Part shown: positions 1 to 9,243 of the stretch, one piece after another
How positions within the stretch are numbered: the stretch's first letter is position 1
Layout of the letters: every line of letters starts with the position of its first letter
DNA from: an uncultured delta proteobacterium
Lineage (GTDB): Bacteria; Desulfobacterota; RBG-13-43-22
Direction: 5' to 3'
DNA: 64,000 nucleotides
Assembly: GCA_963743305.1 (NCBI GenBank)
Contig: CAVUPH010000012.1
Location: 64,001 to 128,000 of the forward strand
Program-made: the position numbers and the translations under genes
The notes under the pieces: model-generated
The model's database searches: none
Seen by the model: only the letters and a program-made list of their open reading frames with translations
Told to the model about the DNA's origin: nothing

Positions 1-402
1 TTGTTCGGACAGGGTGGCAATGGCCATGGCCACGCCACTTAAAAAGGGACCCACCAGGCAGACGGCTCCTTCTTTGATCTGCCGCTCGGCGACGGTCCGG
101 CCCACCTCCTCCTTGGCTTCGTTGTCCCCCAGCAGGAGTTTCAGCTTGGCCCCGCCCAGGGACTTGATGCCACCCCTAGCGTTGACTTCATCCGCCGCCA
201 GCTTGTTGCCCCGTTGCATGGCAATGCCGATATCTGGAAGCGGTCCGGTAATCGGCTGGATGGAACCGATGGTGATTTCCTTCGGCTGGCTTCGGACGAT
301 GGCCGGAAAACCAGTGATGGCCGTGACCGCGCCGACGGCTGCTGAAGCCTTCAGAAATGTCCTCCGGTCAATACCTTGGGGCTTACCTTGCTTCTCTTTC
401 AT
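1..402 (-). CDS. Branched-chain amino acid (Liv-type) ABC transporter substrate-binding protein, Tat signal; 3' part outside window
   Basis: Manual translation MKEKQGKPQGIDRRTFLKASAAVG...KEITIGSIQPITGPL...AADEVNASGGIKSLGGAKLKLLLGD; twin-Arg RRTFLK; AAGGAGG RBS upstream. Confidence 0.85.
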   Translation of the reverse strand, partial: MKEKQGKPQGIDRRTFLKASAAVGAVTAITGFPAIVRSQPKEITIGSIQPITGPLPDIGIAMQRGNKLAADEVNARGGIKSLGGAKLKLLLGDNEAKEEVGRTVAERQIKEGAVCLVGPFLSGVAMAIATLSEQ

Positions 403-567
403 GGTTTCCTCCTTTTACCAACAGGGTTAATAAGAACTAAATGGAATTCAGCTTATTATCGTTTCAATCTTTTTGGTTCACGTCAAGTGATTATTTTTAG
501 CACAAACTGATGACTTTTATCAATAGTTTTTGAAAGGTTAGGCCCTAACCTGAAAAACAAATGTTTT

Positions 568-1869
568 TTAAGAGGCTTCGATCTCCGGCAGAATCACCCC
601 TCCTGAGGGAATCACGTGGACTTCAGGTGAGGGGCAATAGCGGGCGCTAATGGCTATAGCCTGGTCCAGGTCCTCGGCATATACGTACCCCATGCGTTCT
701 ACCGTCGTCCGGGGGATGTCTCCGGAGACCAAAACAATCTTGAATTGGTGCTGCGCCGCCAGAGCGAAAGCCAAGGCCATATTGTAGTCCACGGCCCCGC
801 CCTCCATGATCAAACGCCTTTCCGAAAAATGGGCCAGGACTCCCCCGAACAAGTCCCCGGCCTGCCGGGATCGGAACCTTTCAAAGCTGGCGATAAAGGG
901 CTCCGGCAAATTCCCCGAGCAGTCCGCGGCCAAAATGATGCAGCCCCCCGGTTTGGTTACCAGGGAAGCCGGTACCAGGGGTTTGACGATTTGGGGCCCT
1001 TCCCGGTAGGGGAAGGAGGTGGTCACGGTGAGGTCGGCCCGTTTGGGGAAACGCCGAGTAGTCAGTGCTCGGCAAATCCGGGCGCCGGCCCAATGGGCCT
1101 CGATCGGATCTCCGGCCACTAAATCGGCCAGGGCATCTTTTTGGTCCAGGACCCCGTTGACCACAAAATGCAAAGGCACCGACCGGGCCAGGGCGCAGAC
1201 TTCCTCATAAAAAGGATTCCCGTCTAGTTTTCCCAAACCGGTGCCGGATTGAAAGGTATAATGGAAATGATGCTCGGTAATGGCTTCCAGATCGGCCACT
1301 CCGGGAAAGAGGATCTTCCCGCCTCCGCCGAAACCGTTCATGGGATGGGGGAAGATAGACCCTATTCCGAGGCGGAAGGTGGCCTCCATGACCCGGCGGT
1401 TGATCTTGACCCCATGTCCGGTTTTCAGTCGGGCGGCCGGCACCAGATCGGCGGCCCGGCAGTCGTGGTTCACGAACTCGTACCGGTCGACCAGCTCCCG
1501 CCCGAAGGCCCCTTCAATTTCCTCCTGTTCCAAGCCCCGGTGGGTGCCCAGAGAAAAAATGATCACGATTTGCCGGTCCGGGATCCTTTTTTTCCTCAGG
1601 AGTTCCAGGATCGCTTCCAGGATGATTTTCTTGGGAGAGGGCCTGGTCAGGTCTTCGATGAGCACTGCCACCCGGTCCTTTTCGGTAACCAATTCCGATA
1701 ACGAGGGGGCGCCGATAGGGCTTTGCAGGACCGTCCGGGTTTTATCCCGGATATTGTCCACTCCGGGGGAATCCTCAAAATCTGCGAAAGATAATATTTT
1801 CCAAGCCGAGGGGACCGTCAGGGGTGTCTTACGGTTCTGGTATTGGAGAAAAAGATCCTTCATCATCAC
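568..1869 (-). CDS. larA: Nickel-pincer lactate racemase LarA family (2-hydroxyacid racemase/epimerase)
   Basis: Motifs EDLTRPSP, SLGTHR, NHDC, PHPMNGFGGGGKILFPGVA. Confidence 0.85.
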   Translation of the reverse strand: MMMKDLFLQYQNRKTPLTVPSAWKILSFADFEDSPGVDNIRDKTRTVLQSPIGAPSLSELVTEKDRVAVLIEDLTRPSPKKIILEAILELLRKKRIPDRQIVIIFSLGTHRGLEQEEIEGAFGRELVDRYEFVNHDCRAADLVPAARLKTGHGVKINRRVMEATFRLGIGSIFPHPMNGFGGGGKILFPGVADLEAITEHHFHYTFQSGTGLGKLDGNPFYEEVCALARSVPLHFVVNGVLDQKDALADLVAGDPIEAHWAGARICRALTTRRFPKRADLTVTTSFPYREGPQIVKPLVPASLVTKPGGCIILAADCSGNLPEPFIASFERFRSRQAGDLFGGVLAHFSERRLIMEGGAVDYNMALAFALAAQHQFKIVLVSGDIPRTTVERMGYVYAEDLDQAIAISARYCPSPEVHVIPSGGVILPEIEAS

Positions 1870-1938
1870 CTCACAAAAAGTCTAACCAAAAAAAGCTGAA
1901 TATTTGGTTTAGATTCTCAGGCAAACATAGGCAAAAAT

Positions 1939-2685
1939 CTAGAAACGACTTTTTGCCCGCTTCAGGCAGGTCTTAATTTCCTCTCCCTTTAGGCGAAAGG
2001 CCTGCTTCACCAGGGAGTAAAGCGGTTCCCGAATTTGGCTCAACTTCGGCAGAGACTTGAATTCTGAAAACCCCAAACCTGAAGGATCCAGGGATGGCAA
2101 CATCAGTTTCTTTTCCAGATCCGGTACGGCCCGGGGATCGGTGTTTTCTCCCAGGACCCCTTTCAATTCACCGCTGCCCTCTATCGCCTTAATAAAAGCC
2201 AGTATCTCCTGAAGGCTGTAGGAGTGTGAAAATTTGGCCAAATCCTCATTAAAGAGACGGATCCTTTTCTCCAAAGCCAGGCCTTTTTCCAGGAGTGGTT
2301 GACTTCGCCCCCAGGCCAGGCTATACATTTGGGTGATCAGGCCCTGGTATTTGGCCTTAGAAGTTAAGGCAAACGGCAGTGCACAGATTGCCACGGCTTC
2401 CGAAAATGGACGGTCCGGAAGGTCCGGGACCGTGAGGAGCGGTCTCTCCCGTCCGAGGAGAGCGAAGAAGGAATTCATCGTTTCCGGATCCAGCAACAGG
2501 TCCCCAATCAAGGCCAGCGGGACTTGCACCTCCTGAGCCCATCTCTTTTGGATCTCTTTCGCCTGGCTGATCAGATCCTCCCGCTCCTCCTCCAATTCCC
2601 GACGGGTCCCGAAATAATTTTCGGCGATCTCCTTTTTGACCTGATAGGCCAGGGCCGCCGCAATGTCACCGACCTGCGTAGCCAA
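1939..2685 (-). CDS. Hypothetical protein (helical/coiled-coil)
   Basis: 248-aa ORF co-oriented with neighbours; no recognisable motif. Confidence 0.65.
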   Translation of the reverse strand: MATQVGDIAAALAYQVKKEIAENYFGTRRELEEEREDLISQAKEIQKRWAQEVQVPLALIGDLLLDPETMNSFFALLGRERPLLTVPDLPDRPFSEAVAICALPFALTSKAKYQGLITQMYSLAWGRSQPLLEKGLALEKRIRLFNEDLAKFSHSYSLQEILAFIKAIEGSGELKGVLGENTDPRAVPDLEKKLMLPSLDPSGLGFSEFKSLPKLSQIREPLYSLVKQAFRLKGEEIKTCLKRAKSRF

Positions 2686-2734
2686 TCGATTCCCTCTTTA
2701 CTGGTTCTTGGTATTTTTTCCCCACAAATACCAA

Positions 2735-3736
2735 TTAAATTCTGTTGTCCTGGATGGACCGCAAAGACAACCCCTCCTGCCAGAGTAGAAAAATACCCAG
2801 CACTGTGATGGGGATGAAATAAGCGAGCCAAAGGATTATTGAAAAGGTCTTTGCCAGGTTGGGCTCGATCCCAAAAAAAGCCAGAGCGGCGGCACAGGCC
2901 CAATGAAAGGTCCCGATATACCCCGGGGCCGAGGGAATACTCACCCCGAAAATCAATATGATCTCCACAAAAATAGCCTGCAGCAGGGTTAAATGAAGAC
3001 CGAACCCAAAAAAAAGCAAGTAAACGCCAAGACTGGAGACAATCCACAAAAGCAGCGAATACCCTTTGATAATTAAAATGTCCTGTCCCCGCCGCAGGAT
3101 CTCCAGGCCGAACACGAAAGAGTTGATGATTTCCAGGATCCGGCTGGATACCCGGGCGGGAAAAGGTTTAAGCACCAGCCCGATCAGTCGATTCAAGCGA
3201 TGGTTATGAAAACGCAGCAAAACCAAAATGACCAAAACCAGGAAGTAAAACAGAAAGCTGAACCAACCAATCATTTTAATCCGGGTCGGCGTCAAAAACG
3301 ATGTCGAGGTCTCCGGAAAGGGCATGAAAAGAAGCACTCCTAAGAACAAAAGCAATACGGAAAAACCGTCAAAGAGCCTCTCAACCACCAGTGTCGCCAA
3401 GCAAGCGGTTTTGCTTATTTTTTCCCGATCCCCCAGAATAAAGGCCCGGACGAATTCCCCGATACGAGCCGGGAGGATATTGTTGGCCATAAATCCGATC
3501 GCCGTGGCCTTGAACAATTCGAGTAGGCCGACGCTCTTTATCGGGCTTAACAAATAGCGCCAGCGAACGGCCCGAATCCAGAGGCAGAACAGGTTGATTA
3601 ACATAATCGGAATAGTATAAAAATAGTTGACGCTTTGAAAGGCAATCCATATTTCCCGGATATCGACATTTCTAAAGAAAAAGAAAGCGAACAGGATTGA
3701 GACGGCGAAACCAAACCAATATTTCTTTTGGGTCAT
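2735..3736 (-). CDS. Lysylphosphatidylglycerol synthase TM / flippase-like membrane protein (UPF0104)
   Basis: RAVRWRYLL, NNILPARIGEFVRA, VVERLFD, PSAPGYIGTFH; multiple TM helices. Confidence 0.85.
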   Translation of the reverse strand: MTQKKYWFGFAVSILFAFFFFRNVDIREIWIAFQSVNYFYTIPIMLINLFCLWIRAVRWRYLLSPIKSVGLLELFKATAIGFMANNILPARIGEFVRAFILGDREKISKTACLATLVVERLFDGFSVLLLFLGVLLFMPFPETSTSFLTPTRIKMIGWFSFLFYFLVLVILVLLRFHNHRLNRLIGLVLKPFPARVSSRILEIINSFVFGLEILRRGQDILIIKGYSLLLWIVSSLGVYLLFFGFGLHLTLLQAIFVEIILIFGVSIPSAPGYIGTFHWACAAALAFFGIEPNLAKTFSIILWLAYFIPITVLGIFLLWQEGLSLRSIQDNRI

Positions 3737-4473
3737 TTACCCTTCTTCCCGCGGGAAAACCGAAGGGCCAGCACCGCCCGGGTATAATTGATCAGTTGTT
3801 TTCTGAACTGGGTTTTACTCTCTCCCCCCAAGCGAAATTCATAGACCACCGGGACTTCCCGGAGGACAAAACCCTCCTGCAGGGCATGATAAATCAACCG
3901 AATAGCATAATCGCCATAGCCAAAATAGATAGGTTTATCCATCAGCCGTAAAAAAAGAGTTCGTTTGCCCACCAGGAAGCCGCTGAGATTATCTTTGATC
4001 GGGGATCCCAACCCCCAGCGAATAAAAACGTTAAAGAACCAACTTCCCCAGTACCGGAACCGGGACGTTTTCATGCCCCCGCCCGGCAAATATCGGGAGC
4101 CGATGACCAGGTCAGCACCGTTCGTTTTCCTGATCATCTCGGGGAGGTAACGGGGATGATGGTTAAAATCCGTGTCCATCACTCCGATCAGTTCCGACTC
4201 GGCCATAGAAATCCCTCTGGCGATAGCCGTGGCCAATCCCCGCTCTTTTTCTCGCACGATCAGGCGAACGGCCTCCGAACCTCTAAAAGCCTCTCGAACC
4301 GCCTCGGCGGTCCCATCCGGGCTGTTATCATCCACCACGATGACCTGGACCTTCAAGGGCGGGACCGCCAAGGCTTCCAATATAGCCCGAATCAGGGCGA
4401 CAATATTGGTCCGTTCATTATAGGTGGGCAGGACGATAGAGATATCGATGATCTGGACTCCTTTGAAAAACAA
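3733..4473 (-). CDS. GT2 glycosyltransferase, polyprenol-phosphate mannose synthase-like
   Basis: LPTYNERTNI, VVDDNSPDGT, MDTDFNH, GSRYLPGG. Confidence 0.88.
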   Translation of the reverse strand: MFFKGVQIIDISIVLPTYNERTNIVALIRAILEALAVPPLKVQVIVVDDNSPDGTAEAVREAFRGSEAVRLIVREKERGLATAIARGISMAESELIGVMDTDFNHHPRYLPEMIRKTNGADLVIGSRYLPGGGMKTSRFRYWGSWFFNVFIRWGLGSPIKDNLSGFLVGKRTLFLRLMDKPIYFGYGDYAIRLIYHALQEGFVLREVPVVYEFRLGGESKTQFRKQLINYTRAVLALRFSRGKKGK

Positions 4474-4476
4474 AAA

Positions 4477-5571
4477 CTAGCGGCTGATAAATTCTTGAAT
4501 TAGGGCCACGACGGTGTCAATCTCCCCCCAGGTCAATCCGGCCCCCGAAGGCAAGGAGATTCCCAGGGCCGAAATTTTTTCGGCTATGGGAAAAGAACCG
4601 CTTCCCACATAAGGCGGCATGGTAGGAATTGGATAGAACAGGGGCCTGGACTCTACCCCGGCTCGGGCCAGAAAGTGGATCAATTCATCCCGGTTTTTAT
4701 TGAGCTCCGGCTTCAATAAAATGGAATAAAGCCAATAAACATTTTTGGCCCAAGAAGCCTCCGGGGGTTGGATTACCCCCGCCACCTCTTCAAACTTTTC
4801 ATGGTAATAGCGGGCGATTTGCCTCTTTTTTTCTAATATGGCCTCCAGTTTGGTCATTTGACCCAAACCGATGGCGGCTTGAACATTGGTCAGGCGGTAA
4901 TTGAACCCCACCAGGGGATGCCAGTATTTCCGCTCTGTGGACATCCCGTGATCGCGCAAAATGCGGGCCCGGGCAGCCCAGTCAGGATCGTTCGTGACGA
5001 TCATCCCCCCCTCCCCGGTGGAGATGATTTTATTACCGTAAAAACTAAAACAGCCCAAATGCCCGAGGCCCCCTACTTTTTTGCCGTTATATTCGGCGCC
5101 ATGGGCCTCAGCGGCGTCCTCAACCACCCAGACGGACGCTCTTTCCGCCAACTCCAAAAGGCGTGTCATATCGGCGGGATGCCCATAGAGATGAACCGGG
5201 ATGACCGCCTTGGTCCGCGCGGTAATCCGTGATGCCACCTGCTCCGGGTCCAACGTCCAGGTCTCCTCGCTGACATCGGCAAAAACCGGTTTGGCCCCGG
5301 CATGGACCACCACATTGGCCGTGGCAATAAAACTTAAAGCCGGGACGATGACTTCATCCCCCGGACCTATTCCTAAGGTCACTAAGGATAAATGCAGGGC
5401 CGTGGTCCCGTTGGAAGTGGCGACTCCAAAGCGCGTCTGGCAAAATTCCGCAAAGGCTTTTTCAAAGGAAACGATATATTTGCCTTGCGAAGAAATCCAA
5501 CCCGTATTCAAACAATCCATAACCCGGTCGATCTCCTGATGATCGATCAAGGGTCCCATGATAGGAATCAT
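4477..5571 (-). CDS. DegT/DnrJ/EryC1/StrS aminotransferase (perosamine synthetase-like)
   Basis: SNGTTALHL, EDAAEAHG, FSFYGNKIISTGEGG PLP-Lys motif. Confidence 0.92.
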   Translation of the reverse strand: MIPIMGPLIDHQEIDRVMDCLNTGWISSQGKYIVSFEKAFAEFCQTRFGVATSNGTTALHLSLVTLGIGPGDEVIVPALSFIATANVVVHAGAKPVFADVSEETWTLDPEQVASRITARTKAVIPVHLYGHPADMTRLLELAERASVWVVEDAAEAHGAEYNGKKVGGLGHLGCFSFYGNKIISTGEGGMIVTNDPDWAARARILRDHGMSTERKYWHPLVGFNYRLTNVQAAIGLGQMTKLEAILEKKRQIARYYHEKFEEVAGVIQPPEASWAKNVYWLYSILLKPELNKNRDELIHFLARAGVESRPLFYPIPTMPPYVGSGSFPIAEKISALGISLPSGAGLTWGEIDTVVALIQEFISR

Positions 5572-5793
5572 TAGGCGCCTCGCTTGAGGTGATAATGGGC
5601 TTAACCCGTTTATTGTTCGGCCGTCGGTTTGGTATAGGAGGTTAATACCCCCAACTTGAGCCCAAACGGTTAAATTTACCCGAGCACTCGAAACTTTTCA
5701 AGCAAATAAAGAAGTCTGTTTTTTAACTGGCTATTGCCAAGAAGGGGGCGGTTCGCCCTTTTGGAAGGAGTTTCTTGGGGGACCCGGGTGTAT

Positions 5794-6390
5794 CTAAAAG
5801 CTGATAACTTTTTCCGCCACTTGCAGACTGGTGACGATATCCAGCATATTAGTTGTTTCGCCCACCATTTTCTGTTCCAACAAGCCGAAATGATTCAGGC
5901 AGGTGCCGCAGACGAGAACCGAGACGCCTTGCTCGGCCAGCCCCAGAATAAGCGGCAAGGATTCTGCTCCCGCGATGGTCAATTTGACTCCGGAATTCAA
6001 AAAAACCAAGCGCCAGAGACTTTTTTCCATTTCCTTCAAAGTCTTCAACAAATTGAGCATGAGTTGGCTGCCCAGGTAGTCATCCCCCGTTCCCAACTTA
6101 TCCTTGGTAATCAAGATGATCGTTTTTTGAACGCCCTGTATCAAATCCTGGACAACGGCTTCGCAGGTCGGTCCACCCGCCCTTTCGGCGTTGATCTTAA
6201 AATTCGATTCGGAGGTTTCCACACTGACCCCAAAGCCCCGGCTTTTAAGGAACTTCTCGACGTTTTCGGCCGAAGCCGGATTGTCCACCAGGACCTGAAA
6301 ATGATTCAACTGGGGGTGATTCTCAATATAGTCCCGGGTTTCAGTAACCGGCAGAGGACAGGATAAGCCGCGGCAATTCAAAGTCTCCAT
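5794..6390 (-). CDS. yedF: Sulfurtransferase-like selenium metabolism protein YedF (TusA + DsrE domains)
   Basis: N-term CRGLSCPLP (TusA); C-term VCGTCLNHFGL...TNM (DsrE-like). Confidence 0.88.
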   Translation of the reverse strand: METLNCRGLSCPLPVTETRDYIENHPQLNHFQVLVDNPASAENVEKFLKSRGFGVSVETSESNFKINAERAGGPTCEAVVQDLIQGVQKTIILITKDKLGTGDDYLGSQLMLNLLKTLKEMEKSLWRLVFLNSGVKLTIAGAESLPLILGLAEQGVSVLVCGTCLNHFGLLEQKMVGETTNMLDIVTSLQVAEKVISF

Positions 6391-6425
6391 TCATCCCTCT
6401 CGAATAAATTTTCAACCAATTATTT

Positions 6426-6457
6426 AAAGGTAGTCCGGACTTCGAATCCGGGCCTAA
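6426..6457. repeat. Partial copy of dispersed intergenic repeat (see 12357 and 46716)
   Basis: AAAGGTAGTCCGGACTTCGAATCCGGGCCTAA matches the core of the other two copies. Confidence 0.75.
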
Positions 6458-6550
6458 GTTGCTACTATTATATAGTGATCGCTGTGGAGCGAGTCAAATA
6501 GGAAATCAGATGAATAGGAAGGCGCTAGAATAGATTTTTTCTATATTATT

Positions 6551-8270
6551 TTAGGACGGGATCGCGGGCGGCTTCCCGTCAACCGGCGCCGGAGACGGAG
6601 ATTCAGAGGAAGCGACCGTCTTCCTGGAAGTATCCAAACAGCTTTTCCCCATGTTCAGTTCCTCCATAATGGCAAAAGAAATGTCCCGGGCAATCTCGCT
6701 GATCTGCTGGTAACTGTTCAGCAGTTCCAGGTGCAGGTTGCTGGTCTCTTCGCTTTCCTTGACCCCCTCGGTTAAGCGGTGAATATGGTTTTGACGATAC
6801 TCCCGAATCAGGGCACTGATCCGGGGCTGGGCGGTTACCGCCTCTTCAGCCAGGTAATAATCGTTCTGAACCAACCCCTTGTGGGTCAGACGTAACTGGT
6901 CGATCACCCGGTGGATCGTGTTCAGCAGTTCCGTTTCCCCCTGAGGGGAGAAGGAGGCTCTCTGCGCCAATTTGGTTTCAATCCTATATTTTATATCCCG
7001 TTCAATAATGTCGCTGATTTTCTCCAGATTGTCCAGGACATGGATTAAGCCAATGGCGTATTGGTGTTCATCGCTACTCAGCGGCTGGCGCAGAACCTTG
7101 GTCAGGTAGTCCACGGCGGCCTTAAAGAGCACATCCATCACCCTCTCCCGATAGGCGATTCGCTCCAGAAAATATCGCTTACCGTGGGTGATGGTCCTTT
7201 CCGTATACCAGAGCATGCGCAGGGTTCCGGCCGAAAGCCGCACCGTTTCCTTGTGGGCCAACCCGATGGCCACCGCCGGCAGGTTGATGACCTCCTCCCG
7301 CAGAAATTTGGGCTCCAGCTCCGGAATCTTTTTGTCGGGCACCAGCCATTCCAGGAAACGGCTCCCATATCGGCTGAACGGCAGGAAGACGGCGGCCAGG
7401 CCGACATTAAAAACGGTGTGGGCATTGGCCACCTGGAAGGGCGGGTTGGCGGTCAAGAAGGACAGAAAGGCAGCCAGACCAGGGACCAGAAAGAAAAAAA
7501 GGACCGTCCCCCCCAATTTGGAAAAAAAGTGGGACAGGGCCACCCGCTGGGCTTCCCGACGGGATCCGATGCTGGAAAGCAGGGCGGTGAAGGAGGTTCC
7601 CAGGTTGCACCCGAGAATTAGAAAAATCGCGCCGGGAAGATCGATGAGCTGGTAGCCGGCCAGGGCCATGATGATGCCCAGCACCGCTGCGCTGCTATGG
7701 ATCAGGAAGGTGATGACCGAGGCGGCCGCAATGGCCAAAAGCGGATGATTGCTGACCGAAAGCAGGAGTTGAGTGAATTCCGGGACCTTCTGAAGCGGAT
7801 GCAGGCTATCGCCCACAATCTTCAGACCGAGGAACAGCAGGCCGAAACCCATGACGGCCTGGCCGATTCGGCGGTATCGGTCTTGCTTGGCGAAAAAAAC
7901 GACGGGCGAGCCGATCCCCACGATCAATAGCGACAGCTCCGTAAATTTCAGAGCGATCAACTGGGCCGTTACGACGGTTCCGATGTCCGCCCCCAGAATT
8001 ACCGGCATGGATTGCCGCAAGGTGATGACCGCCGCGTTGGTCAAGACCTACCAAGATAACCGTCGTGGCCGTGCTGCTCTGAAAGAGCATGGTGACCAGG
8101 ACCCCGGCCAGGACTCCCAGTATAGGCCTCCGGGTCACCGACTCCAGCAGACGCCGCAACTGTTTTCCCAGAATCTTCTGCAGCCCGTCCCCCATGACCT
8201 GGATCCCGTAAAGAAGGATCCCGATACCGCCGAAGAGTCCTAAGAGAATGGTTATCCAGGGGATGGGCAC
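6551..8270 (-). CDS. Na+/Pi cotransporter family protein with PhoU-like C-terminus (one frameshift ~8044, likely sequencing error)
   Basis: ORFs 7806-8270 and 6551-8044 join: QSSTATT, GADIGT, HSSAA, GCNLGTS, ANAHTVFN. Confidence 0.85.
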
Positions 8271-8316
8271 CGGCTAGAAGGACCTTTCAACTTGACGGAC
8301 TTTTTGCGAGGTCATT

Positions 8317-8790
8317 CTATTTGACAATCAGTACCGGGCATGGAGTGCGGTGCAGCACCTTCTGGCTGACGCTGCCGATGATGACCCCGCGCAAAGGACC
8401 GATCCCGCGGCAACCGAGAATGACCAGATCAAAGGATCTCTTCTCCAAAAAATCAATGATCTGTTCCGCCGGATCGCCGAAGTGAACCAGGGCGTCGACT
8501 TCAACCGGCCTGTTTTTCAGCAGGTCGGAACAGGCCGTCCGGGCTTCCTTCAGGACCTCCTGGCCCTCCTTGAAGGCCTTATCCAGGGCGGATCGTTCTT
8601 CGGAGGCCGCCTGATTCAGGTCGCTTAAAGGCCCTCGAAAACGGAACCAGTCGAAGTCGCCGGCTGCCTTGGCCACATAGAACAGGGTCAGGGTCCCTGG
8701 AGACTCCCGGTTCAGGATATCGGCTCCCAGCAGCGCGGCCCGCAACGAAAAGGATGAGCCGTCCACGGCCACCAGTACTCGGGATATCAC
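8317..8790 (-). CDS. Universal stress protein (UspA family)
   Basis: RVLVAVDGS, GDPAEQI, GCRG...GSVSQKVLHRTPCPVLIVK; AGGAGG before GTG at 8790. Confidence 0.9.
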   Translation of the reverse strand: MISRVLVAVDGSSFSLRAALLGADILNRESPGTLTLFYVAKAAGDFDWFRFRGPLSDLNQAASEERSALDKAFKEGQEVLKEARTACSDLLKNRPVEVDALVHFGDPAEQIIDFLEKRSFDLVILGCRGIGPLRGVIIGSVSQKVLHRTPCPVLIVK

Positions 8791-8920
8791 TACACCTCCT
8801 ATCCTTCGGTTGTTTGTCACCCCTGAGGGTTTCACGATAACCGATTTAAAAAATCAGCGGACCTTTTTCACGCCCTCTCGGAGACCTTCTGAAATATATG
8901 CCTTTTTTATGCAATTATCA

Positions 8921-8936
8921 AGCAAATCACGTGCCA
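8921..8936 (-). promoter_or_regulatory. Sigma54 (-24/-12) promoter for usp-Na/Pi operon
   Basis: Minus strand reads TGGCACGTGATTTGCT, a match to TGGCAC-N5-TTGC. Confidence 0.75.
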
Positions 8937-9243
8937 TCTAGCGACTCTTGGATCTAAAATAGTTAATATAATGAATTTAAATGGTTACTATAGGTTCCCC
9001 TCGATAGTTTTTTCGTGTTCCTTGAATTTATTGAAATTCCTGACAGAGGTGTAACCTGACCAAGGGATATGTGCCCTGACAACCGGCCCATTCATCCTCC
9101 CCTTGGCTAGGGCGAACCGGATGACGATCCCTGGAAAGCCTATCATCATTTGATTGACCCTGAAACATGAATTTGGTAAACCAGATACATTTAGCCGGAG
9201 ACAACCGGTTGGATTACCTGATTCCGACGCTGGAGAAAGCAAG

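Noticed and set aside
14-430. 138-aa + strand ORF
   Set aside because: Antisense shadow of the minus-strand Tat SBP gene.
5794-6390. Selenoprotein cluster suggested by yedF
   Set aside because: No selD/selAB nearby, and no in-frame TGA at a conserved Cys position was noticed in the redox genes.
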